Assembly (NCBI GenBank): GCA_050575255.1
Contig: JBNZDD010013727.1
Coordinates: 4,352,333 to 4,416,332, forward strand
DNA length: 64,000 nucleotides
Origin: Harriotta raleighana
Lineage: Eukaryota
Reading direction: 5' to 3'
In this document: positions 12,970 to 25,619 of the stretch, piece by piece
How positions within the stretch are numbered: the stretch's first letter is position 1
Layout of the letters: the number at the start of each line of letters is the position of its first letter
Notes under the pieces: generated by a model
What the model was told of the DNA's origin: nothing
The model's database searches: none
The model's input: the letters and a program-made list of their open reading frames with translations, nothing else
Made by a program: the position numbers and the translations under genes

Positions 12970-15229
12970 CTGTACAGGGAGAGACAGCAGAAAAACAGTC
13001 ATTACTAGAAATAAACTGATTGTACATTTTTAAAAAGAATACTTACTACTGTATGTATAAGTGGATTGGACTATGGCCAGATATATTTTATTTAATGCAC
13101 TATTGTCAATAAAAGAAATTAAAGGAATCTAAATTACATATTACATTGTCCCAAAGTTGTAGCAGACACTTAAATCCTTGGCTTGAAGTCAATCTATTAA
13201 CAGGCAAATGGCACAGAAGTAGCATTCTGAACCTCTATTAAAGAAGCAATACAGCCAATGGTCTCCTGGGACTTCCCTGGATCTGCCTTCATCAATCCTC
13301 AGTATGAGACCTGAACGCCTAAATGTAGCTTTTTTTAGAAAGTGACCTACAACTAACTTACTGCATAAATCTTGCAAATCTGGCTTTAATGCTAAACACA
13401 GATTAAAGCACAATTTAATTTTTCTTAATTGTTCTATTTTCTTTTTGAAATAAAAGAGAAAGTCTAATTCATATCTGCATTATCAGACTTAATCCATGCA
13501 ATGCATAAATTGTTGTTTTTACTGCAACTGGAATAATTTCATATATCTTCAATTATTATCTGCAATACGTTAAAAGTTGATTACAATGTAATGCTCATTA
13601 AGAGCAATTATGATCAATATAATGTTATTGTATTGGAGGTTCCAATCTCAAAAATATCCACTTGACACATCATGTAATGGAACTAAACTAGCAGAATTAC
13701 TGTTCATAAAATCCTACAGATAACAATTTCTTTGTTTTTGGCAATTTTTCTCCTCGACATTCATTTAAGACATTTCAACATTATTGGCACTGCAGCTGCT
13801 GGTAGGTTTAATATCATGTTGACTCAATTCTTTCTTGCATTAAACTGGTATCCTGCAAACAGGCACTGGTATACCATTGGTGGCTTTCATTCAACCATTG
13901 TGATAAAGTGTGTGTGGTTGTGTGGGTGTGTGGGGGGGGTTGTGGGGGGATGTCACATCTGTGTGGGTGAATATGATCATCTTTATTGGTGACAATCATC
14001 ATTTCTCACACTGTAATTTCTCTCTGTGCTGGCTAGTAAAAGAAAAGGACAACAAGAACCAGCAAGATAATCTCCCCAAGCGTGTCTTATTTCATTTAGC
14101 CTGCAATCATTACATATACTGTGTATGAATGTTTTGAATGTAACTGGAAGATTGTTATGGTATTTTATTGTCTGACTTCCAGACGTGTATATGGTATTCT
14201 TATTGTTGCCAGAATGCCTTAACTAACATGCAATTCGTTTGTCCCTATCTGTCTAGTTGATCCTGATCCATGTCTGAAAGGACAATCTTGGATTTATTAC
14301 CTTAAACAACCCATTTAGTCCTGTTCGACAGATGCAGCATAGCTAAAACTAATTGGATATATACCCTGACATCAATAAAGTATAGTATTAATAAATGATA
14401 GATTTTGTTTACTACAGTATTTCATTTTTCACACGTATCTGTAAAATAGCTAGAAAATTAAAATGTGGAAATTGTCACATACTCGCCTCATCTTGTCATT
14501 TCCGCATTGTGACGGTAAGGCCATAACTCCACTGGTAGGTGGTTTATAGTATCGTCCAGAATGGTTTTATATTATTTGTTGATTTTTTTTTTAATCTGGC
14601 TATTTTGCAATGGCTTTTCAGTGCAAATGGTGGAGAGGTACACAACCAGTTCAATCATGGGATTGCGGTCAAACTGTCTTTGCAAATTGAATCTGATGGA
14701 CTATCATCATTCTGAAGCTTCACAGAGCCAATCCCGTGTTGCTACTTTGGGGGCTCGCAAGCCAGGAGAAACGTGTCTGTTATGGGAATGTGGCCGCCCT
14801 ATAGCAGCTGCTGTGGGGGGCATGGGACCTCGGCTCTTCTTTCTTTTGTTATCCACAAAGTAGGTCTGAGGGAGTTGGCTGAGGGAGCTTACTGTGTTTT
14901 ATTCATTAACTCCTTATTCATTAACTATCAATTCAATTACAATTTCAATCAATTAAAATACCCCACAGGATTTTCTGTTTGAGCATTTACATGGTATTAT
15001 ATAATGAGAGATAAATGTAAGTTTAGTGTTACTGTGGCTATAAATCTGATTTTCATGTTAGGAGTTGAGTCAGATTGTGCTAAATCAGACTTCATAAAGT
15101 GCTGGTATCTGATGTACGTAAGACCTGAAGGGCATTTAATCAGCAAATACTGACATTAGCAGGAGTGGTATACATGGCAGAGCACAGATGGTCCCACCAT
15201 ATCCCTTTGTATTTTTTAATGCTAGACTA

Positions 15230-15337
15230 GGGCATAATAATAATCCTTGCATTTGATATAGCGCCTTATCTTTGAGGCANTGGAGGAGGGCATAATAATA
15301 ATCCTTGCATTTGATATAGCGCCTTATCTTTGAGGCA
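15230..15337 (-). repeat. SINE tail fragment duplicated around N at 15280 (probable assembly overlap)
   Basis: GGGCATAATAATAATCCTTGCATTTGATATAGCGCCTTATCTTTGAGGCA is present on both sides of the N. Confidence 0.8.
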
Positions 15338-15679
15338 TCTCACAGAAAAAACAGTAAAGTGAATTGACATATACTTTTAAAAGATCAAAATATTCTTATT
15401 AGTTGAATTTAAAAGCTGCATACATCAGATTTTCTACTTTTTTCCAAATTGAAGAAAATTATTTCCCATTATTAAATGTTTTTTTTATCATTTGGAATTA
15501 TATAAACGGCCGACTTCTGAATCATAACGTCAGCATGATATCTCTTTCTGAAGTCTGTGACTTCGTTTGGTTAGCATGTGCAGCAGACACAAGTGACCTA
15601 CATTGCAACTTTACATCCCAGTGGTCCAAAAGGTTGTTAAAAATCTACATGAAAGCGAAACAGGTCAAATTACCCATAA

Positions 15680-15780
15680 AATAAACAGTCACTATACTTT
15701 ACTTTACTCTGTAAAGTGCATTGAGATGTCTGAAAGTCGTGATAAAGCGCTATATCAAATGAAAGCATTATTATTATTAA
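15680..15780 (+). mobile_element. SINE 3' tail fragment
   Basis: TGTAAAGTGCATTGAGATGTC...AAAGCGCTATATCAAATG followed by (ATT)n. Confidence 0.7.
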
Positions 15781-16216
15781 AATAAGTCTTATCCATTGAA
15801 AATTAAAACAAAACTATTTAAAATAGCAATCCTAAATACAGACAAGATAAAATGGTGGGAGGGACATTTTGAAATCATATTAATGTCAGCAAAGAAGAAC
15901 TTAAAGAGAACCAGGACACAAATTAAAAATGAGAAGTGACAATCGAACAAGGCATATGTATATAGTTAGTAAGAACAATTTCCAGGAGGTTAGTCTTCAT
16001 CCCAGGGTAATTATAAAATGGAACTGATTGCCAGGAAGGGTGGCTGAGAGACACAGCACTCATGAAAAATACAGCTTTCTGCCCTGATAAAAAGACAATA
16101 AAGTGGGCATTCCAGAAAGATGAGATCAGATGGTTGGCATGGCTTTATGCATCCAACCAATCTAAGATCTTGCGATCTTAGCATGATAGTGGAAAAAGGG
16201 CTTGTCTGTACATAGT

Positions 16217-16533
16217 GGAGATCCTGTGGCACGGTGGTTAGAGCACTCGCCTTACAAGCATGAGACCTGTGTTCAAATCCAGGCAGATCAAGGCGAAACC
16301 TTGGGCACGTTTCCTTACTCCACATGCCTAATAATAATCCCTCCAAAAAAACCACAATAATAAAATTGGTCATTTCAATCCACAACTGTTTGTGGGACAC
16401 TGCTGTGCGCAATTGGCTGCCTCGTTCCGCCCACAAATATACAGTCAATTCACTTTACAGTATATTCTATGAAGCGCTTTGGGATGTTAATAAGATGTGA
16501 AAAGCGCTATATCAAATGCAAGGATTATTATTA
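16217..16533 (+). mobile_element. tRNA-headed Deu-type SINE, full length
   Basis: Head GTGGCACGGTGGTTAGAGCACTCGCCTTACAAGC...GTTCAAATCC, Deu-like block, tail AAAGCGCTATATCAAATGCAAGGATTATTATT. Confidence 0.92.
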
Positions 16534-16735
16534 CATATGTATTTGTGTCAACACTACTGAATTGATAGTGCAACATGGAATAACATACGCATAGATGGCC
16601 ATTAAACTAATTTAATAAGTTATTAAATTATAATAAGTTATTCAGTATCTTGTATGCATTACGGGCTATTACTACATTTAAATTATTTTAATTGAGCTGA
16701 AAAAAATGTTGTACAGAGATTGCACTGCCATGTAA

Positions 16736-17022
16736 TCCTGTAGCTCAGTGGTTAGAGCACTCGCCTTACAAGCGTGAGACCTGTGTTCGAATCCAGGCAT
16801 GTCAGGGCGAAACCTTGGGNTAGTTTCCTTACTCCACACTCCTAATAGTAATCCCTCAAAAATAAAACAATAAAAAAATTGGTCATTTGTGGGACACTGC
16901 TGTGCGTAATTGGCTGCCGCATTTTGCCTACAAATTTATAGTCAATTCACTTGACAGTATATTCTGTGAAGCATTTAGAGACATCTAGAAGATTATATCA
17001 AAATGCAAGGATTATTATTATT
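16736..17022 (+). mobile_element. tRNA-headed Deu-type SINE, full length
   Basis: TAGCTCAGTGGTTAGAGC A-box and GTTCGAATCC B-box, with the same body and tail as the 16217 copy. N at 16820. Confidence 0.92.
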
Positions 17023-18498
17023 GTGATTGTAATTATTATCATTATCATTACTGTGTTATTATTTAGGAACCCTGAAATGAATGCTGGAAATCTGTGTATG
17101 TAGATTAAATGAACCCTTCACAATAGGTTGTGGTTATCCAACTCAATCCAAAGTGGCGTCATTTGTGCATAAGAAAGATAAAACTGGTTTACACAATACA
17201 GTATAATAATAATCCTTCCATTTATACCATTTATATAAATGTAGCATTTAATTTTAAATTTTAAGCGAATGATTGGGATGTGATAGACTTGATAGGTACA
17301 GTTCAGAAAAGCAAATCCCATCAACTCCAGTTCATTATGGAGCTCCTGTGGCTCACTCGCCTTANCGAGACAATATTTTCTCCATTTCATCTATGTAGAA
17401 ATGAATGCATCTTATTCAATATTCCATTCTAATTTTGGAAGTATCTGATCTCCTGTCACTCATTAAGTTGAAAATGATTAAAATAATTTTGAAGGAATTT
17501 CATGTGAACCAGATCTGTACATTTCTTTATCATTTCAAATCTGCTACAGATCCAAGCATTGTATAATATTTCAAACTCTGTCAGGCATAAATTTAATGAA
17601 CGGGTGAACTTTTTCTATCAAGGGTTATTGATTGAGCATTTATCAATTTCAGTGTAGTACAAAAACTCTGGTACAGAGTATAGCATATTAGTCAAATTGA
17701 AATCTGACAAGTGAACTCAATAAAAGGCAAATATTTTCACACTTAGAACCATCTGGCTGTTATAATATTTATGTCAAATATAATTTAAAATCCAAATATT
17801 TCCGACCAGCTATATTTATGTTTATACACATATCTTAAAACGCACAGATTTAACATAGCTCATTGAAGGAAACTAAGAAACTTTAACTGTAAATATATAA
17901 TCTATTATTGATAGGGTCTTTTTGCTTTAAGAATTCAGAAACATTTTGAATATATAAGATCGATTGGAAAACAAACAAATGTATGGGGATGAGAATTATA
18001 ACGCATGGTGTGATGATTAGCACTGATAATAATTATCACTGGTAATAATTATCTTATTCTCATGAATTGTGATCAAATGAGTTGATCACTGAAGACTGAT
18101 CAAGGAAGCCAGCCTAATGTCTTCCATATTCAGGTTTGAAGCTTGCTGTTTAGTCAACCACATTTATAATAATGATACTCCTCGTATTTAATATAACAAC
18201 GTTCATGTCAAGAGGATCTCAAAACTTTCCACAGGATATTCTCTAACAAGTATTGACTGTATAATTTGTAGGTGATACACCACATAAAAACATCCCAAGG
18301 GTCTTTCCTTGGTGTTCCATATAGGTACTTGCATTTCTAAAGCTCCCTTCAACATAGGCTTGTGTCCTGGGGTGCTTCTATCCTAGCAGCCACCATATTT
18401 ATTAATATAGTAGGTTCATTTTTTAATATTCAGAACAAAACGATGGATAGCATTAATTGCGATATCCATTTTTCCAATCTGCAACAACTTGCATTTGT

Positions 18499-18768
18499 GG
18501 AGCTCCTATAGCTCAGTGGTTAGAGCACTTGCAAGCGTGAGACCTGCATTTGAATCAGGGCAAAACCTTGGGCAAGTTTCTTTACTCCACACATCTAACA
18601 ATAATCCCTCCAAAAAAAAACAATAATAAAATTGGTCATTTCAATCCACGACTGCTGTGCACAATTGGCTGCCACATTCCGCCCACAAACGTACAGTCAA
18701 TTCACTTTACAGTATATTCTGTGAAGCGCTTTGAGACATCGATAAAATGTGAAAAGCGTTATATCAAA
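18499..18768 (+). mobile_element. tRNA-headed Deu-type SINE with internal deletions
   Basis: Same head, body and tail motifs as the 16217 copy. Confidence 0.88.
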
Positions 18769-19629
18769 AGTGATGCATTATCTATTGGGAAGATTATTCC
18801 CAAAAAGGTTCATTTCAATTTTCTCTTCCCATGAAAATGAGAAAAATGGTTGAAGATCAAAAAGCTATCTGACTGATTCATTCTCAATATTTATTCCTAC
18901 ATGGGGCTGTCTTGGAAAATGTATTTAGCCTTTTTGCAAATTTCAGAAATTAGAGTTGAATGAAACTACTGAGAAATGTCATTTCTTTTGTGAAATAAAA
19001 TATATGTTTTTATCAGGGTTATTTGCAATGTGAATTGTTACTTCTATTTAGTCAGAGTACTACCATCACAGGCTGGCAATGTGGTTGGATGCACATCATT
19101 GCTGTGATGTATTTGAAATCATGGGTCACTTTCACTCTATATTAGACTGCAATTGAGGACAGGCAGCTTGACTGAAAAATGAAACCACAGTGAAGTGGAT
19201 TAATCTACTGGACGATCATAAGGTCCTTAATGGAATCACATTTTTAATATAAAAAATAATATTTTCATACTGTTGGCAGCATAAATAATATTTCTAAACA
19301 TCTGTGGAGCTGGAAGCAGAATTGGATAATGTCAGTTTTATTAATGTTGCTTCTAACTATTGTTAGATTTGTTACCATCATGGTTTATGAAAAAATGTAA
19401 ATGACCAAAGTACTGTAATTGAGAAACCTAGCACTTCAAGTTACTGCCTCCCAACAAAATATTCCTCAGGTGAAACAAAAAGAGAGTTTCTTAGCTGCTG
19501 AGATACTCATGTTGTACTCTTCCACTGACACATGTCACACATTGAAAATTCGAAAGGTGCTCAAAACAGAAATTCGACTGAATACCAATTAACCTTGATT
19601 TAAAATACCTTATCATAACAGTGCTGTTA

Positions 19630-20238
19630 TAGGTAACCCCCGCTTAACGTTGCTTCAGTCAACGTTATTTCAAAATCATATTGCTGATACATAGGGAACA
19701 TACTGTATATCCATTTAACATTGCAACATTCACTATGATGTCGTTTGCCAGCAGGTGGAAATGAACTGTTGGGTAGCGTAGGCTACTGTCCAGTATTCTT
19801 ATAGAGTGTCTGTCCACAATTTTAACGTCACCATTTTAAGTTTTTGCGCAGGATGTGAGATAGATAATATATTTTATATCGGGATTTAGTTGTGCAATGC
19901 TCTATAAACATGAGTTGAAAACGCCCAGGAAGTGACAGTCTAGTAGTAAAAACAACAGCAGAAAAACTATTACTCTCAAAATGAAATTAGATGTTTTAAC
20001 CCGTCTTGAAGCCGTGAGTGTTATGTTATTTAAATTTATATAGTTTTATATTTTACATTTATGAATTTATATGTATTTCAACATGTTTTTAAAGATTTTT
20101 TTTATGAAAAATGTCCAAAAGTACCCAACTCTAGTTTATACATTAATTCTTATGGGAAAAATGTGTTTGCTTAACGTTGTTTCGCTTAAAATTGCACTTT
20201 TCAAGAACACAACTACAACGTTAAGTGAGGACTAATTG
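19630..20238 (+). mobile_element. Tigger/pogo-like non-autonomous DNA transposon
   Basis: Imperfect TIRs (TAGGTAACCCCCGCTTAACGTTG ... CAACGTTAAGTGAGGACTAATTG) with TA on both flanks. 19960-20019 translates RKTITLKMKLDVLTRLEAVS, a CENP-B-type N-terminal HTH. Confidence 0.8.
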
Positions 20239-20519
20239 TATTTGCATTTTCGCAAATACCACACAGGAATGTTATATAAGCAACACTGTGATTTGCCACC
20301 TAGAATAAAAATACAGAAATCTCTATTTTCTTATTCCATAACAATAATGAGCATGCATTAATATAATAATAATGATAATCCTTAGAGTGTCTTTTACATA
20401 GGGAGGACATCTCAAATGTATTGTACAAAGTATACTATAAAGTGCAGTAACTTGTACATTTTGTAGGCAAGTGTCATGTGTACATTGTCTGAAGATAGTC
20501 AGTTGCATTGATGTATGAC

Positions 20520-21140
20520 AAACAAACATAATGTTAGTTTGAAACTGTTAAGCTGCTTAAATTGCATTGCTGGAAGTGCAGTTCTACAGATCAGATGTTA
20601 AACTGAGGGTCCTTCCGCCTATCAGGTAGACAAAATAGGTTTAGATCCCATGGCATTACTCAAAAAGAGAAGAGAGTATCTCTGATTTTCCTGGCCAACA
20701 ATGACCAGGGAAAAAAATTGTTTCATAGCTGTTTGTAAAACATTGCTCTGTGTAATTTGGATGTTATATTAACCTCCAACTGCAATATAATAATAATCCT
20801 TGCATTTGACATAGTGTTTTTCACATCTCCTAGACATCTCAAAGCACTTCACAGAATATACTGTAAAATGAATTGGCTGCATATCATGGGATGAAACACA
20901 AACAGTCTTGGATTCAGTTACCAAATTATTATTGTTTCTTTTCTTGAGGGATTATTATCAGGTGTGTGGAGTAAGAAAACTTGTCCAAGATTTTGCCTTG
21001 CTGGGAATCAAACTTAGGTTTCTTGCTTGCAAGATCAATGCTCTAACCACTAAGCTGCAGAACTCCTGAAAATCCTATGAAGCATTTTGAGATGTCCAAC
21101 ATAAAAGGCACAATACCAAATGCAAGATTTATTATTATTA
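20520..21140 (+). mobile_element. Older SacSINE1/AmnSINE-like Deu SINE interrupted by a younger SINE
   Basis: CAGATGTTAAACTGAGGGTCC...GATCCCATGGCATTACTCAAAAAGAG, then a Deu block. The tail resumes at ~21070 (TATGAAGCATTTTGAGATGTCC...ATTATTATT). Confidence 0.65.
20787..21066 (-). mobile_element. tRNA-headed Deu-type SINE (nested, antisense)
   Basis: AATAATAATCCTTGCATTTGAC... through CTCTAACCACTAAGCTGCAG is the reverse complement of the family. Confidence 0.88.
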
Positions 21141-21169
21141 ATAAATAACCACATCCTTCCTAATTTCAT

Positions 21170-21600
21170 TTTTTCTGTCAATATGTTTCCTCACTCTTCA
21201 AAGATTTGAACTGTTTTCCTTCACATGAGGTAGAACTGCACACATGCCAGACACTCTTACAGACATTGTTCACAAGTGACCTTGACAGTGATTTATAAAA
21301 GACTATTTACGGCAAGAGGCTTCCGAGTCAAACTTGATCCTGTTATTACTCAATATCCAAACACAAATATGTCACAAGATCACAGGATAAGTTTGGATAA
21401 AGAAGGCCCTTCAGCGTATTCAATGTTATCCTTCCAGAAAACCAACCCTTCCATTTTCCCATTATAGTTCAATATTTACAGTACAAATGTGTTTGGCTAA
21501 CAATCTTGATTGATTTCCCTCTCCCTAACCCAAATGTGTTAAGGTCAATTGAAGAAATGATTTGGAACTTGTCGGAATTTAAACTCCTAAACCTCTGCCT
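21170..21600 (-). mobile_element. LF-SINE-like ancient SINE relic
   Basis: Segments GACTATTTAC...CTTGATCCTGTTATTACTCAATATCCAAACAC and TGATTTCCCTCTCCCTAACCCA resemble the LF-SINE consensus as I recall it. Confidence 0.45.
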
Positions 21601-22744
21601 TTCAGGTTGTCTCTATCTTAAAGAATCATAGGGTATTTTTGACTTCTTCAATTTTAAAAAAAGGAAAGTTTCATGAGTAGCTCTAAGAATGGAGTTGAAA
21701 ATGTAATCGCCAGTTGCAATGGCAACCAAGATTTTCCTTTAGTGGCATTTTAATGTCAGAAAATGCCCCAAAGTCCGAGAAAAGATCAGAAAGCTAAATA
21801 AGGGCCACAAGCAGCCTTTGGGAATTAGATGTTTGCTTTCTTTTTTAGCAATGTTTGTAAAGATGTTCATCATTTGACTTACAAACTGAAAGTCACTATT
21901 ATTGCAGCAATCTCTGCTTTGCAAATACTAGGAGAGCGAAAGAAACATATAGGGGAAACAACATGAAGCACTTACATCCACCACATTGCTAAGCTAATGA
22001 TCTCAACTATTTTGCTGGTTGAGAGAGACAGTGAGCAATGACCAGGGACTTTCCCATCAAGGAGAGAATGGAGATCAGTAGGAGAGCTATGGCAGAGTCT
22101 TTCTTGTGGAACATTTGAGTTTGATTAGAGCATGTAATGGGCGGAAGTCAGAAAGTGAGGACCTCCACTCTCCCCTTAGCAGTTTTTGCATGACCCAGAG
22201 ATCAATTAGGATAGAGAAAAGGAGGAACAAAATAATTTGGAAAAACTATAGAGTAGATTAATACTGTCACCAAACAAAAAAGAAAAGCCTCCACTAGTTT
22301 GCCTTACTTCCAATACAGACATTTTTTTTTATATATATCTTGTCACTCATAAGCCATAACCTTTCTAAATTGTTATTATCCTTATCATAAACCTGCAGGT
22401 GTTTTGAGGTGTTCAATAAAAGGATTTATTAACAGAGAGTCATGATGAAAATATTGCAGAACGCTTTGCTTGAATGCCTTTTCTTCATCTAAAATTCATC
22501 ATGTCATTTGTTCATCTCTTCAAGTCAGTTCATGCAGCCTTAATTACTATACAGAAGTCTCCAAGCTTTTCTTAACAATGCTTTTAAGTGGCTTTTTATT
22601 TGATAGATTTTATTTATTAATACACTATTGTACCAATTATTCTTCTTGATTCAAATCTTAATTGCAAAGGTAGACCTGCAAAATACAATAGCATATTTGG
22701 AGAGTTCATCATGATTTAGACATTGTTGTGCTTTGAAGTTTAAT

Positions 22745-23117
22745 GGTGTCCCACAGTGCATTCACCCCAAGCGAGAGGACCCAGGTTTGATTCTCTGCAG
22801 GGCGAAACCTTAGGCAAGTTTCCTTACTCCACATACCTATGTTCAGTTAGCAGTAGGTAAGAACCAAGTTGTTATTTGATTGGTGGATTCCTTTATGGGG
22901 GTAATGCCGTAATCCCAATAAAAACTTTAGCACCTAAATTCTCATATTTATATATATTACATATATTCCCACAACTGTTTGTGAGAAATTGCAAGTAGTT
23001 GTTGGAGTTCACTAACATATACATAATCAATACATTTTACAAAATATTCCATGAAGTGCTTTGAGATGTCTCTATGACATGATAAGGCATTATGTCAAAT
23101 GCAAGGTTATTATTATT
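22745..23117 (+). mobile_element. tRNA-headed Deu-type SINE, long variant
   Basis: B-box GGTTTGATTC, then GGCGAAACCTTAGGCAAGTTTCCTTACTCCAC, the middle block and a (TTA)n tail. Confidence 0.8.
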
Positions 23118-23392
23118 AAATGATAATTTGAATGTTCCTGAGTTCATATTTCACACCTGAGATGAAAGTTGTATAATGCAAGAGTGAATATATCAATTAA
23201 CGCTCCTGACAATGCTCCAGCTATAAAGTAGCGTCTTCAGAATTAATAATCCATAACAAACTAGCAACATTGTTCATCTTCTACATGAAAAAATCCAACT
23301 TTTATCTTTTGTAAAAAGGTCAAATTGCTATAAATTTAGCATTGCAATATGTGTGACAATAAAACTTGTGTCCTCATTCAAAAATAAATTTT

Positions 23393-23499
23393 GGGTTCAC
23401 TTCGGCAGCACATGTAATAAGACTGGAACTATACGGAGAAGATTAGCATGGAAACTGCGCAAGAATAACACATAAATTTGTGAAGAGTTCCATAGTTTT
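23393..23499 (+). pseudogene. RNU6 (pseudogene): U6 snRNA pseudogene, full length
   Basis: Colinear over ~107 nt with vertebrate U6 (TTCGGCAGCACAT, GAGAAGATTAGCATGG, CTGCGCAAG, GTGAAG.GTTCCATA.TTTT). About 19 substitutions by eye, including ACAGAGA box to ACGGAGA. Confidence 0.93.
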
Positions 23500-24557
23500 A
23501 CAAGATAATTGTCCCTCATTAATAACCAAGATCAATTTGTGTGCTTTTTGCTATAATGAATGCTTGCACTCAAACGTTAACCTAACAGTAATACAGTATA
23601 GCCAAGTTAGTAACTGTTGGAAAATATAATTTCTCCCCTTTGCACAATAATAATGCTGAATTTATCAGACTGTTCAGAATTGTCGTATACTGTGCATACA
23701 TTTGTAGTATGTGTGTGGATGTTGCAAGTTTTTCTTATATTGCCTGCATTTTTGCCATGGATAGAAGGAAGTCACAAATGCAACATGAAACAAGAGACAG
23801 AAAGATTTTAAAAACTAGTTCTGTATTAAATGGAAATTATGTTAAGTAAGGAAAATATAGTTGCCCCAACTTTCAAATGCCAGCTATATCACTAATACAG
23901 GCTGGTGCCAAATTGGTGGGGAAAGTTTGAACACTAACACCGAATGATTTGAAGCATTTTCTAAAGTTGTTCAACAGCAGAAGGATTTAAAGAGGCACAG
24001 GTGGAGGAATCCCAGGCTTTGTGACCTTAACTTGTGCTGAACAGAAGACAGCTGAGCTTTGCAGCTGGAGCATCCAGAGGAAGTGGATGGACCAGGTGGG
24101 AATCAGCAGTTCATCTAGTAAGACATTTTTTTTATCCAGCGTTTCTACAAAACATTGAACACATCTTGCTCATGAATATACATATAAAATACATAGCAAT
24201 CAAAGCTCAGAATGGGTTGCACAGTTGACAATCTATCAGATTGAACTAAGCATAGCTATGCTCTCAGTGAGTTACTTATATTTTGCAGCACAATTCCCCA
24301 AGCCATCAATGTGGTTTGAACATAATTTGCTCTACTTTCAGCATTCATCGCAAGAGAAAGATCATAAAGAGGCAAAGGACAATTTTACTACCAGCCTGAC
24401 TCCATGGGGACATTAATTGACCTCCTCCTCAACTAGCAACATAGGAAACCATAAATAGATCAGTAGATCAATAACAGTCAGTAGATGATTTTAAAGGAGT
24501 TGCTACATGATTTGGAGATTCCAGGTGTGTCTCGCTTCTGCTTGCCATACTGTTATA

Positions 24558-24775
24558 TCCTGTAGCTCAGAGCACTCGTCTCACAAGTGAGAGACCTGGG
24601 TTTCATTCCTGGTAGGACGAAACCTGGGTCAAGTTTTCTTACTCTGCATGCCTAATAATAATCCCTCATTGAAAACAATAATAATCTGGTCACTCAATCC
24701 ACGACTGTTTGTGGCACACTACTGTGTGCAATTTTCTGCTGCATTTGGCTCAAAAATATACAGTCAATTCACCAT
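24558..24775 (+). mobile_element. tRNA-headed Deu-type SINE, 3' truncated
   Basis: TCCTGTAGCTCAGAGCACTCG...AAGTTTTCTTACTC...CAGTCAATTCAC. Confidence 0.85.
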
Positions 24776-24789
24776 ACAGGATCTGAGGA

Positions 24790-25305
24790 TCTTGGTAAAA
24801 AATGTACAAAGGGTAAGTCAAAAAAAAGCCCCCACCCGATTAATCGGATGTTATCCGGCACAATAGTGGTGGCGTACTTAATGAATCAATTGTCGAACGA
24901 CAGTACTGTATAGGTATTTTGGCTTGCCGCTACTAGAGCCTTAAAGTCACGCTGCCATTTTTTTCCCTCGCGTCGTGTCCGCCATTGTAGAAGTTATCGA
25001 TGGACTGTACACTTGTACCCCAGCATCATGGCTTCAAACCAGGCATCTACCAGCAAAGGTGATTTTTAGGTGAATTTTTAGGTGAATAACAAAGGTCTGT
25101 TATTATCTGTTATTATTTAGTCTATTATTAATATGGTATGTGTATGTATTATTAATATGGTATAAATTGAAATTGTTGTTGTTATGTGTTTAAAAAAAAA
25201 AGAAAAAAATTTATGTTGGGTTTTCGGCGTTGGATCCGATCATTTAACCAGCAAGCCGTTTAACTGGCCAGGTCCCACAGGTGCCAGATAAACGCGCTTT
25301 TACTG
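24790..25305. mobile_element. Tigger/TcMar-like DNA transposon remnant (one TIR visible)
   Basis: Right end GCCAGATAAACGCGCTTTTACTG followed by TA, a Tigger-type TIR. The interior is CpG-rich. The left TIR was not found. Confidence 0.55.
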
Positions 25306-25619
25306 TATTTGGTCAATGGTTAAGGGATACCTATCTATGTGTCTCAGTCTGAGCCTTATATTGTGCTGTCTAGTTGGGGTAAGAATGAGGTAAATTCAGA
25401 TTTTTAGTTTGATTTAGAGACAAAATTAAACCAAAGTCTGAATGTTTAAATCATATTTCAAAACTCAAAATGCTCTGATATCTCATGCAAGCTTGGAACC
25501 AAGATTAGAAATAGGTATCAATTTGAATTGTCTGCATCAATCGAATGGACACACAGTTACCAAAAATCCTATTCACTAAACTTCTAGGCATTGTAAAGAT
25601 AAAAATGTCCTATCATTGT

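Noticed and set aside
16011-16448. 145-aa minus-strand ORF
   Set aside because: It is largely the antisense read of a SINE. The same peptide (GSQLRTAVSHKQ) recurs in other copies.
16736-16800. tRNA gene-like sequences with A and B boxes (also at 57954, 34954, 36590 and others)
   Set aside because: These are SINE heads continuous with SINE bodies and lack a complete acceptor stem and terminator.
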